Shown here: one piece after another, positions 34,208-42,980 of the stretch
How the letters are laid out: each line of letters opens with the position of its first letter
Position numbering within the stretch: position 1 is the stretch's first letter
Assembly (NCBI GenBank): GCA_964418135.1
Contig: CAYQKZ010000002.1
Location: 1 to 43,954 of the forward strand
Direction: 5' to 3'
DNA length: 43,954 nucleotides
Origin: an uncultured Desulfobacterales bacterium
Lineage (GTDB): Bacteria > Desulfobacterota > Desulfobacteria > Desulfobacterales > Desulfatirhabdiaceae
The notes under the pieces: model-generated
Told to the model about the DNA's origin: nothing
Seen by the model: only the letters and a program-made list of their open reading frames with translations
Database searches by the model: none
Position numbers and translations under genes: made by a program

Positions 34208-36320
34208 TTACCTTTTCGATATTACAAAGCAAAGCACGAAGTTGATACGTCCCGAATGCCGGATCATATGGCGGCCGATCGGATGTCAGCAGATTGGCGT
34301 TGGATTCCCATACCCCGAAATCAGGCCCATCTTTTTCCGGAAACCACCACCCATGATCGATGTTGACCACATCCTTCCGGATGTCTTCCGTCACACAAGC
34401 CACCATACGAATGCGGTCTCGTGGAGAAATCACCCAGATAACGTCCCCGTTCCGAATCCCCCGCGTCGCAGCGGTTTCGGGATGCATTTCAGCCAGCGGC
34501 ATCGAACGTTTGGCCCGAAGGGTTTGGATCTGGCGATGCTCGCTATGGAAAAACTCTTTACGCCGGCTTCCCGTCGTCAGTATCAGTGGAAACCGATCAG
34601 ACAACTCGGGACAGGAAACCGGGCTTTCCGGAGGTTCTTTATAATCCGGCAGAGGGTCATATCCCAGCCGATCGAGTGATCTGGAATACAGTTCCACTTT
34701 TTTGGACGGCGTTCGAAATCCTTTTTTTTCGAATTTCCGGTATTCATGGGGAGGATAGACGAACGACCTTTCCGTGAGCTGCCGGAATGTCACCCCCAGC
34801 GGCAAGAGGCGATAATCGAGAATATCCTCGAAACTTTCCTCGGAACCCGGCAGCGACAGACGTTTGGCCAGATCATCAAGGATACCTTCGTTCTGGCGAC
34901 ATTCACCGACCTGAGCCACTTTTTGCTGAGCGAAGACCGCGTTTTCGACGACAAAAGGCAGTTCGACGATATGATCGATTTCAGGCCACATGGCAGAGGG
35001 CAGGATATAATCGGCCAATGCGGCTGTGGGTGTCATGAAAAAATCCGCAACCACCAGCATATCCAATTTCATCAATGCCTGATGCACCAGGCGGGGGTTG
35101 GCCACGGTTGTCAGAGGATTGGCGCCGATATTCAGAATGGCTTTGACCGGATAAGGGACGTCGGTTACGATCGCCGAAAAAACGCCGGGGATATGGGCAG
35201 ATGGAAACAGTGCCCGAAATCCGCCAAGCAATTTGAACTCCGATCCGCCGATGCGTTTCCGGCTCTGTTCCGGCGGCAGTTTATCCCGTAATACCGGATA
35301 CGGATTCAAAATATTCATCCCCAGGATATCCCCTCCTGGTATATCGATGTTTCCGGTAATCCCCCGCAGCAGAGCGACCGCCCGAACGGTTTGAAAGGCG
35401 TTTGGTGTATGCTCCAGCGCCACCCCCCACTCGATGACGCCGGGTTTGTTCAGTGCATAGCGACGCGCCGTCTCGATGATGTCCGTCGCTGAAATGCCCG
35501 TTATCTGAGCCGCCCATTGGGGTGTGTAATCACGCACATGGGATTTCAATCGATCGAAACCGGTGGTCCAGTTTTCAACAAAATCCTTGTCATAGACATC
35601 ATCATATATGATGACATGAATCATTGCCAATGCCAGCGCAGCATCCGTACCCGGGCGTATCGGCAGCCACACCTGACAGCGTTTGGCGGTTTCCGACCGC
35701 CTGGGATCGATGGCGATTCCGACAGCACCCGCGTGCATCGCTTTTTTCACAGAAAAAGACAGTTCCCCGTCCGAATTGCTGACCAGCGGGTTATGCCCCC
35801 AGAAAAGAATGGTTTCGGGAGTCTTTTCGCCATAATAATCTGCGGTAACAAAGCCTCCGTAAGTGAACTGGCAAGCCGTGATTCTGGGGATGAAGCAGTT
35901 GGCCAGTCCCGGTTCATACCAATTGGGGGTTCCAAGCATATTGGCAAAGCGGATCACATGCATGTAATGGTGCCGGCCGGTTCCCTGACCCAGAACGACC
36001 GCTTCCGGCCCAAAAGTTTCGGTAATGTTCCGAATGCCATCGGCTATTTCATCGAGAGCCTGATCCCATCCGATTTTCTCCCACCCGCCTTCACCTCTTT
36101 TCCCGGTCCGCTTCAACGGAGACATCAGCCGGGACGGGTGATACATCATTTCCGGCGTGGTCAATCCTTTCACGCACATCTGCCCGTGACTGAACGGGGA
36201 ACCCGGTTCCGGTTTGACCCGGATCAGCCGGCCGTTTTTCACATAAAGCCGCGCCAGGCATCCGCCATGGCAGATGCGGCATACACTGAGATAACTCCGG
36301 ATATCATCGGTTTTCATCAT
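34191..36320 (-). CDS. cytoplasmic molybdopterin (bis-PGD) oxidoreductase/hydratase family enzyme, stand-alone catalytic subunit
   Basis: N-terminal CRICHGGC...MCVKG [4Fe-4S] motif (CX2CX3C...C). No twin-arginine signal. Family-typical segments DPRRSETA and LPIRPGTDAALALAM. 709 aa. Its 3' end overlaps the wza-like start by 17 nt. Confidence 0.8.
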   Translation of the reverse strand: MMKTDDIRSYLSVCRICHGGCLARLYVKNGRLIRVKPEPGSPFSHGQMCVKGLTTPEMMYHPSRLMSPLKRTGKRGEGGWEKIGWDQALDEIADGIRNITETFGPEAVVLGQGTGRHHYMHVIRFANMLGTPNWYEPGLANCFIPRITACQFTYGGFVTADYYGEKTPETILFWGHNPLVSNSDGELSFSVKKAMHAGAVGIAIDPRRSETAKRCQVWLPIRPGTDAALALAMIHVIIYDDVYDKDFVENWTTGFDRLKSHVRDYTPQWAAQITGISATDIIETARRYALNKPGVIEWGVALEHTPNAFQTVRAVALLRGITGNIDIPGGDILGMNILNPYPVLRDKLPPEQSRKRIGGSEFKLLGGFRALFPSAHIPGVFSAIVTDVPYPVKAILNIGANPLTTVANPRLVHQALMKLDMLVVADFFMTPTAALADYILPSAMWPEIDHIVELPFVVENAVFAQQKVAQVGECRQNEGILDDLAKRLSLPGSEESFEDILDYRLLPLGVTFRQLTERSFVYPPHEYRKFEKKGFRTPSKKVELYSRSLDRLGYDPLPDYKEPPESPVSCPELSDRFPLILTTGSRRKEFFHSEHRQIQTLRAKRSMPLAEMHPETAATRGIRNGDVIWVISPRDRIRMVACVTEDIRKDVVNIDHGWWFPEKDGPDFGVWESNANLLTSDRPPYDPAFGTYQLRALLCNIEKVNANYE

Positions 36321-36339
36321 TGTTTGACCATTCAGCGGA

Positions 36340-37416
36340 TCAGAATTGAAAAAATCGTTCGAGATAGCGAATCAGGGTTTCCGCTTCTTTCAGATCGAGC
36401 TGCTGATCTGCGTCACAGAGGGCGGTGGCTGGATTGAAATGAGATTCGAACATCAGCCCGTCTGCACCGGCGGCCAGGGCCGCATGGGCAATGGGCAAGA
36501 CAATATCTTTTCGGCCGAGTGAATGACTGATATCCACGATCACGGGCAGAGATGTTTCATTTTTCAATATGGGGATCGCGGAAATGTCAAGGGTATTCCG
36601 GGTCTGGGTTTCGAATGTGCGGATACCGCGTTCACATAAAATAATCCGCTCGTTTCCGCCGTTATAGATATATTCAGCCGCCAGAATCAACTCATCGATC
36701 GTGGCCATGAACCCACGCTTCAGCAGGATAGGTTTGCCGATTTTTCCCAGGTCTTTCAAGAGAGGATAATTGTACATGTTGCGGGTGCCGACCTGAAGGA
36801 TATCCGCATATTTTGCGACCAGCCCGATATCGGATGGCGATATCACCTCGGTGATGATCCGCATGTCAAGACTTATCGCCACTTCTTTCAACATCTTCAA
36901 GGCGGTTTCTTCCAGACCCTGAAAGCTGTAAGGCGATGTTCGGGGTTTGAAAGCTCCGCCGCGCAGAATTCGGATACCCATATCTTTCAGATACCGTGCC
37001 GTTGTCTCGAGCTGTTCCATATACTCGACAGCACAGGGGCCGGCGATCAATACCGGCCGTCCGCTGCCGATAACGACACCGTCTATATCGATGATCGCCG
37101 TCTCTTTGCCGGGACGCCTGTTGACATTCAATTCCCGGCGGGCGCCGGCACTCATTTCTTCGACGGATGCCTTGAAGATTTCCCTGAAAATGCGCTGCAT
37201 GATATGCATCGGCATGGGACCGCGATTTTTCAGCAGCACATCTTTCAGCATCTCCGATTCCCGGACCGGGTCGAAATGGCGCAGTCCCATTTTATCTTTG
37301 ACTGCCCCGATCTGGTTGGAAATGGATAAAAAACGGTTCAAGAGCGCCATGATGTCATCATTGACAGCACTCATTTCTTTTCTCAATGTCTTCAATGCGG
37401 TTTCATTGTCTTCCAC
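36340..37416 (-). CDS. bifunctional chorismate mutase / 3-deoxy-7-phosphoheptulonate (DAHP) synthase, type I-beta
   Basis: GTG start. N-terminal AroQ-like helix LKTLRKEMSAVNDDIMALLNRFLSISNQIGAVK, followed by a DAHPS/KDO8PS-fold core (LIAGPCAVE, LRGGAFKPRTSPYSFQGL, DISHSLG). 358 aa, the same architecture as Bacillus AroA(G). Confidence 0.75.
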   Translation of the reverse strand: MEDNETALKTLRKEMSAVNDDIMALLNRFLSISNQIGAVKDKMGLRHFDPVRESEMLKDVLLKNRGPMPMHIMQRIFREIFKASVEEMSAGARRELNVNRRPGKETAIIDIDGVVIGSGRPVLIAGPCAVEYMEQLETTARYLKDMGIRILRGGAFKPRTSPYSFQGLEETALKMLKEVAISLDMRIITEVISPSDIGLVAKYADILQVGTRNMYNYPLLKDLGKIGKPILLKRGFMATIDELILAAEYIYNGGNERIILCERGIRTFETQTRNTLDISAIPILKNETSLPVIVDISHSLGRKDIVLPIAHAALAAGADGLMFESHFNPATALCDADQQLDLKEAETLIRYLERFFQF

Positions 37417-37511
37417 AAGCGTATCCCTTCAGGCATTACCCTGCCCCCCCCTTTTTAGCCAAAGGAGGGGATGCTCTTTCGCTGATCATTGATTATATCT
37501 TGAACGTATTT

Positions 37512-38663
37512 TCACAGTAACATTCTTGAATTATAGATGTTGAAGTATTTTTTCAGATCAATGCTATTTTTAGAAACTATCTTAAAATTCGTGTATTCAA
37601 AAATTCCTTTGGCACACTTATTGTTGGTAACGGGGCAGCGTGTGCATAATGTGTCGCATTTTAGACCTTTACCATTTGGATTGGCAATAAGCATTCTACT
37701 GCTCATATATTTTTCATTGTTCCAGATGGCCGCAAAGCCTTCCATAAAAACATTACCAAAATCATTTTTCATTCTGCGCACATCTCTACAACATGGCAAC
37801 AGATTGCCATCGTAATTTATGTAAGCTGAACGATAAATCCAGCAGCATCCTACCCTGTTATTGGCCTCTGAGAGAAACTCGTTTTTCGGAAAAAGATCCG
37901 ATTGCCACTCTTCGCCGGCGTTTTCCGGGAAAAATGGTCTGATAAAGCGAATCTGGTCTATGCCTATCTCTTTCGCCATAGATCTAGCTATATCAATTTC
38001 CCCCTGATTGAACTTGGTAACGCAGAACTGCCAATCTATAAGCGGTGTTCTTGCACCTAACTCTCTTCGCTTTTTGATTATCCCCTTGATATTGCGCATT
38101 GCCAAATCCATGTTGCCCTTGACCATAAATTTTCTGTAAGTCTCATGGGTTACACCATGGCATGAAAAAATGAGAGTCTCCAGACCTGATCGAATGATCT
38201 TCTCAGGCAAAAAAGGATCTTCGATGTTAAGGTTAGATGATACTGCAACGCCTATGTTTTTTTCATTGGCATACTTGATCATGTCGAAAGTTTCGGGAAA
38301 CAAAAAAGGTTCGCCGAATCCATATAAGTTAATTTTAAAGAGATAAGGTCCTACTTCATCAATCAACTTAATGAAATTATTAATAGACATCCTGCCAAAA
38401 GGCCGTTCTCCCTGTCCTGGAGGTCGCCTATCCTCATAGCAGTATTCACATTTAAGATTGCATATGTTAGAGGGTTCGATCTTCAAGATATACGGATAGG
38501 ACGAATTTCGACTATTATGAGCCATCGAATTATATTCAGACAGGAAAAAGTTCCACAGCTTTATTACAGTTAGATGTTTTAAAAATGCAAACAGGTGTCG
38601 CTGCAATATCTTGAACTGCGCCAGCACATTCATTCCCTGCGTTGGAAGGTTAATAATTGCCAT
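37512..38663 (-). CDS. radical SAM enzyme with C-terminal SPASM/twitch-like Cys-rich domain
   Basis: SNICNLKCEYC is a CX3CX2C motif. C-terminal Cys clusters are VGCCW, LLPCCRD and LKCDTLCTRCP. The gene is visibly AT-rich. Confidence 0.7.
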   Translation of the reverse strand: MAIINLPTQGMNVLAQFKILQRHLFAFLKHLTVIKLWNFFLSEYNSMAHNSRNSSYPYILKIEPSNICNLKCEYCYEDRRPPGQGERPFGRMSINNFIKLIDEVGPYLFKINLYGFGEPFLFPETFDMIKYANEKNIGVAVSSNLNIEDPFLPEKIIRSGLETLIFSCHGVTHETYRKFMVKGNMDLAMRNIKGIIKKRRELGARTPLIDWQFCVTKFNQGEIDIARSMAKEIGIDQIRFIRPFFPENAGEEWQSDLFPKNEFLSEANNRVGCCWIYRSAYINYDGNLLPCCRDVRRMKNDFGNVFMEGFAAIWNNEKYMSSRMLIANPNGKGLKCDTLCTRCPVTNNKCAKGIFEYTNFKIVSKNSIDLKKYFNIYNSRMLL

Positions 38664-38714
38664 GTTATCTCGCTTTCATAAAGTCATCTTGAATTTATTC
38701 CGAACGGCTTTTCA

Positions 38715-40079
38715 TCATTTCCGCAAAATATATTCCGCTGCTTTCATGCCCTGCTTGACAGCAGCCGGAGAAAGACAGAAAAAATATCCACCCTGCCTCC
38801 CGACTGAGTATAGATTATTATAAATATGTACATCCCGGAACGCCTCCTGCATCTTGGCTTCATAATCAAGTTCGTACAGAGGGATGCTTTCTCCAAGCCG
38901 CACAACATGAGAATCTCTGAGGTCTGCACATTTAAAAAGGCCAATTTTTTCTACATCCTTTACAGTCCTTCGGACGATTTCTTCATCGCACCATTTATCA
39001 AATTCATCGAAATAGTTCAGTTCAAGGCAGATGCCTTCCTTGTAAGGTGGGCTCTGTTCACGATAAATACTGTATGGATAATAGACTCTATTGAACAAGA
39101 TATCTTCCTGAGAATAATACACATACACAAAAGGCCGTTTTACTGGTTTCGGCCGATCGTATGTCAGGAAGACAAGAATAGACTTAATATATCGAATTTC
39201 AGATGTCTTAACTTTTAGCGCGCGATTAAGCGCATTTACGGATCCTGTCCAAACAACTTGTTTCACAAAATACGTTAGACCTTTGACCGTTGCCGAAACA
39301 ATCCGTTCTTCATTTTTTTCAAAATTGACAGGTCCACAATCGAGAATCGTCTCACCACCAGCTTTTTGGTATCGGTTATGAAGCTTATTTGCAAGCAGGT
39401 GGAAACCATCATAAGGATAATAATAACCCTCGAAAAAACCATGCAAGAATTTTCTCACAATATCGGTACGAGACAGGGTAATAAAGGGCTCCTTGCGATT
39501 TTTAATGTTCCTGTCGACACGGGTTATCCAATCCATATGCAATTTGTTTCCTGTGAGGATTGTCTTGGCAGCAAGCATCTTTTCAAATATATCGTGGTAA
39601 TAAGCAGGCCCGACTTTATCAATAATTTCATCCTCAACTGAGATGGCACCTTTTAAATTACCAGTCGGTGCGAAAGGCTTCTTTTTCAGAAAACCCGCAA
39701 TCATTTGTTTTTTATATTGCCAAGGATACATCATCACATCAACAATACTCACAGGAAATTTCCAAAGCCTGCCTTTTGACTGGATGGCGCAGCGAAACCG
39801 CCGTTTAATAATTTTCTCGCCCTTGAGCAGTTCCATCATGAACTTCTCGGCAGGTTGATCATTAAAAAGAAATATATGCGGCCCCATATCAAAAACGATA
39901 TCGTCGAGAACATAACTACGACAAGCTCCGCCTATAGCGAGTTCTTTTTCAATGAGAAGACATTTTTGGCCTTTCTCGACAAGAAGCGTAGCTGCTGTAA
40001 GTCCGGTCATTCCCGCACCAACAATAATCGTTATATCTCCTTCAGTATTACTTGATATATTATTTTCCATGACTTTCAT
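38715..40079 (-). CDS. FAD-dependent oxidoreductase, UDP-galactopyranose-mutase/amine-oxidase-like
   Basis: The dinucleotide-binding motif IIVGAGMTGLTAATLL...LIEKELAIGGACRS is followed by DMGPHIF, as in UGM-like flavoenzymes. The gene is AT-rich. Confidence 0.6.
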   Translation of the reverse strand: MKVMENNISSNTEGDITIIVGAGMTGLTAATLLVEKGQKCLLIEKELAIGGACRSYVLDDIVFDMGPHIFLFNDQPAEKFMMELLKGEKIIKRRFRCAIQSKGRLWKFPVSIVDVMMYPWQYKKQMIAGFLKKKPFAPTGNLKGAISVEDEIIDKVGPAYYHDIFEKMLAAKTILTGNKLHMDWITRVDRNIKNRKEPFITLSRTDIVRKFLHGFFEGYYYPYDGFHLLANKLHNRYQKAGGETILDCGPVNFEKNEERIVSATVKGLTYFVKQVVWTGSVNALNRALKVKTSEIRYIKSILVFLTYDRPKPVKRPFVYVYYSQEDILFNRVYYPYSIYREQSPPYKEGICLELNYFDEFDKWCDEEIVRRTVKDVEKIGLFKCADLRDSHVVRLGESIPLYELDYEAKMQEAFRDVHIYNNLYSVGRQGGYFFCLSPAAVKQGMKAAEYILRK

Positions 40080-40299
40080 TTATCCCATTTTCCGGAACAT
40101 AAGTTTTAAATAATATTTCGTTTACATAAGATTAATCTATAGGTTTCAGGTAAATGCATTTCGTTCAGGCAGCAAGGAGGAGATAATATTGTACTATATC
40201 TCCGACCGATAACGCAGCCAAATTATTTTTCTGAAAGTCTATTTAATATCATAAGAAATCTCATGCGAGTTCGGCTTGGACTTCGGTGAAGATTTGCCG

Positions 40300-41409
40300 T
40301 TAGAACCGGATCAGGACTTTGCAGTTTTCATTCAACACCCGGTTTTTCGTCCGGATAAATTCTGCAAATCCGTCCGGGCCGTCGATAATGTGAGTAATGA
40401 TTCGGTACAACGGCAGACGGCCTTTTCTGTACAGGTTCATGATATCCGTGAACGCTCCACAGAGATGGCCCCGGGATCCGATGATAGAGACGGCATTGGT
40501 GATCATATGGTCGATGGCGTCGAGAACCAGGGACTGCCCGCTTCTTGCCAGCAGTACGATTCTGCCGTTGGCGTTCACACGACGAAATATCCGGTTGACA
40601 TTGACAACACTCCCCGATGCCTCGATCACGACATCGACATGAACCGGCGGATCGGCAAAAAAGGTTTCGACATCATACACCTGATCACACCAGGGTCTGG
40701 CAAATTCTCTTCGAAAGGCAACCGGCTCGACCACATGCACGACCGACGCCCCAAAAACGGTTTTGGCCAACATGGCCGTAAACAGCCCGATCGGACCCGC
40801 ACCGAATATCACCACCACATCCCCGCCGGTAATCCGTGTATTCTGGCAGGCCACATACGCCACGCCGGCGGGCTCGACACAGGCAATGGCCTGATAATCC
40901 TGATCTGTTGAAACAATGGCCGTTACATCATGGGCCAGCATGGCCGGCACATCGACGATTTCTCCGAAAATACCGTCTTTTTCCAGACCGAGCAATTTGG
41001 CGTTGCGGCACTGATTGAACTGCCCTTTTCGGCAGACATCACAATAATGACAGACGATGATGGACTCGAAGGTGACGATAGCGCCTTCCTGCAGATGCCG
41101 GACGTTTTTTCCAACCGCCATCACCTTTCCCACCCCTTCATGGCCGATCACTCGTCCGGTTTCGGGGATATCGGCCGGAGCGGAACTGCGGATATATCCC
41201 GTGTCGGGATCGCTTTCCATCAGATGGACATCTGTTCCACACAGCCCTGCGTACATCATTTGCACACGGATTTCATCGGGATGAAGCGTATCCAGGACTT
41301 TCTTTTCAATATGGATAGTCGGGTTTTTATACAGTTGATGAGGGCCGGGATTTGATACGCCTGCCATTGGAAATTTTTCCGCTTTCAGCACAATCGTTTT
41401 CGATTCCAT
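40300..41409 (-). CDS. zinc-dependent medium-chain alcohol/polyol dehydrogenase
   Basis: GLCGTDVH and GHEGVGKV zinc motifs and the IFGAGPIGL NAD(P) motif. Start placed at ATG 41409 (MESKTIV; GGAG at 41415-41418, 5-nt spacer) rather than the ORF opening at 41457. Confidence 0.8.
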   Translation of the reverse strand: MESKTIVLKAEKFPMAGVSNPGPHQLYKNPTIHIEKKVLDTLHPDEIRVQMMYAGLCGTDVHLMESDPDTGYIRSSAPADIPETGRVIGHEGVGKVMAVGKNVRHLQEGAIVTFESIIVCHYCDVCRKGQFNQCRNAKLLGLEKDGIFGEIVDVPAMLAHDVTAIVSTDQDYQAIACVEPAGVAYVACQNTRITGGDVVVIFGAGPIGLFTAMLAKTVFGASVVHVVEPVAFRREFARPWCDQVYDVETFFADPPVHVDVVIEASGSVVNVNRIFRRVNANGRIVLLARSGQSLVLDAIDHMITNAVSIIGSRGHLCGAFTDIMNLYRKGRLPLYRIITHIIDGPDGFAEFIRTKNRVLNENCKVLIRF

Positions 41410-41441
41410 AATCACTCCATTTTGCATGCAACCATCAGACA

Positions 41442-42947
41442 TCACAGTTCTTTCCACCGAATTTTTCCGCCGCTGGTTTTCGGAAGTTCCTGACGAAATT
41501 CGATGATTTTCGGCACTTTATATTTTGGAAGTCGTTTTTCGCAATACTGTCGGATATCCCGTTTATTCAGGATAACGCCTGCCTTGGGGATAACAATGGC
41601 TTTCGGGATTTCGCCGTGAAGACTGTCAAGCACCTTGACAACTACAGCTTCGACGATATCTGGATGTGACTGCAGGGTTTCCTCGATTTCAACGGGGTAC
41701 ACCTTCAACCCGCCAACTTTCAACAAGCCCTGCATCCGTCCGGCAAAAAAGAAATACCCGGATGAATCCTTCAAAAACATGTCTCTGGTGTGCAGCCAGC
41801 CGTTTTTAATAATTTTATCGGTTTCCTCCGGATTGCCCAAATAGTGAGATATCACTCCCGGTCCTCGGATGAGCAGTTCACCCACATGCCCGGCATCCAT
41901 ATCTATACCATTATCGTCAACAATACGGGCTTCATATAGTAGGCAGGGTTTGCCAACCGAACCAGGCTGATATGCCAGCCCCGGATGCATGGCGAAGGCA
42001 ATTCCGGAAGCCTCGGTGCTTCCCCAGACGGGAAGTATCCGCCGGTGAAACCGCTCTTCAAATTCTTTGAGCAGCGTCACCGGAGTATGCATACCACCGC
42101 TTTCGGGGTATTTCAGGGATGGCAGCTCGAAAGCGGAGGCGTCATGGAGTTGAACGAGCATCCGGTAGATGGATGCAATGGCCATCATGCAGGTAACGCT
42201 GTGTTCTGTGATAATCCGGCTGATGGTTTTTGGAGCGATTTTATCCAGGAGTACGAACGTTCCCCCCAGATACAGGGGGCGGGCCACGAGTTCATGAGGA
42301 TGAGCGAACACGGCAAACAGGCACAGATGCACGTCATCTGGTGTCAAACCGAGAGCGTCGACCGCCGCCACTGTATTCCAATAAATATTGGCATGAGTTG
42401 TCACCGCACATTTCGGTGAACCCGTGGTGCCGGAAGTCAGATTCAAATAAGCCGTATCTTCAAGATGGATCGCTATCCCCGGAGGATTCGGATCATTGTT
42501 CTGAATAACATCGTTCCATTGATAATCTTCAACCGCAGCCACCTTACCGACAGCGACGGTTCCCAGATAATCCGACGGCAGTGACAGCGAAGACAGCAGA
42601 TGCCGATATTCTTCAGCGACAATCATCATCCGTGGACAAGTCAAATCGATCAGTTCCTGAAGCTGATGATGCTGCTGATTGTAATCGACCGGGAAGATCA
42701 CACCGCCGGCACATACCACACCCAGAAACGAGATGATCACTTCCGGTGTTTTGTTCAATATGTATCCAACGGTATCGCCCCGCTTCAGCCCTGCATTGCA
42801 CAGAAAATTCGCCAATGCATTGCATTCCTGGTATAAAGCCCGATACGTCATCTGACGATCGAAATAAATCAATGCAATTTTATCCGGTAGAAGTTCGGCG
42901 TTTTCCGCCAGCATATCTACCAGCGTTCCAGCCTTTGGTCCACTCAT
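41442..42947 (-). CDS. AMP-forming acyl-CoA/acyl-carrier ligase (ANL superfamily)
   Basis: LTSGTTGSPK AMP-binding signature, the GWLHTRDM region and a C-terminal PKTSGGKI motif. Confidence 0.85.
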   Translation of the reverse strand: MSGPKAGTLVDMLAENAELLPDKIALIYFDRQMTYRALYQECNALANFLCNAGLKRGDTVGYILNKTPEVIISFLGVVCAGGVIFPVDYNQQHHQLQELIDLTCPRMMIVAEEYRHLLSSLSLPSDYLGTVAVGKVAAVEDYQWNDVIQNNDPNPPGIAIHLEDTAYLNLTSGTTGSPKCAVTTHANIYWNTVAAVDALGLTPDDVHLCLFAVFAHPHELVARPLYLGGTFVLLDKIAPKTISRIITEHSVTCMMAIASIYRMLVQLHDASAFELPSLKYPESGGMHTPVTLLKEFEERFHRRILPVWGSTEASGIAFAMHPGLAYQPGSVGKPCLLYEARIVDDNGIDMDAGHVGELLIRGPGVISHYLGNPEETDKIIKNGWLHTRDMFLKDSSGYFFFAGRMQGLLKVGGLKVYPVEIEETLQSHPDIVEAVVVKVLDSLHGEIPKAIVIPKAGVILNKRDIRQYCEKRLPKYKVPKIIEFRQELPKTSGGKIRWKEL

Positions 42948-42980
42948 TCATTCACCTCGTCCGATTCGTTTTTCCGTATC

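Noticed and set aside
36340-37416. KDO-8-phosphate synthase, as expected from the LPS/glycan context
   Set aside because: The N-terminal AroQ-type chorismate mutase helix and the 358-aa Bacillus AroA(G)-like architecture favour DAHP synthase. Because the two folds are homologous, a profile search should confirm this.
37512-38663. Anaerobic sulfatase-maturing enzyme (anSME) acting on the AlkP-superfamily protein at 25667-27337
   Set aside because: The putative target loop is S-x-P-x-W, not C/S-x-P-x-R. It matches NPP-type spacing with a direct Ser/Thr nucleophile. The two genes are 10 kb apart in different compositional blocks.
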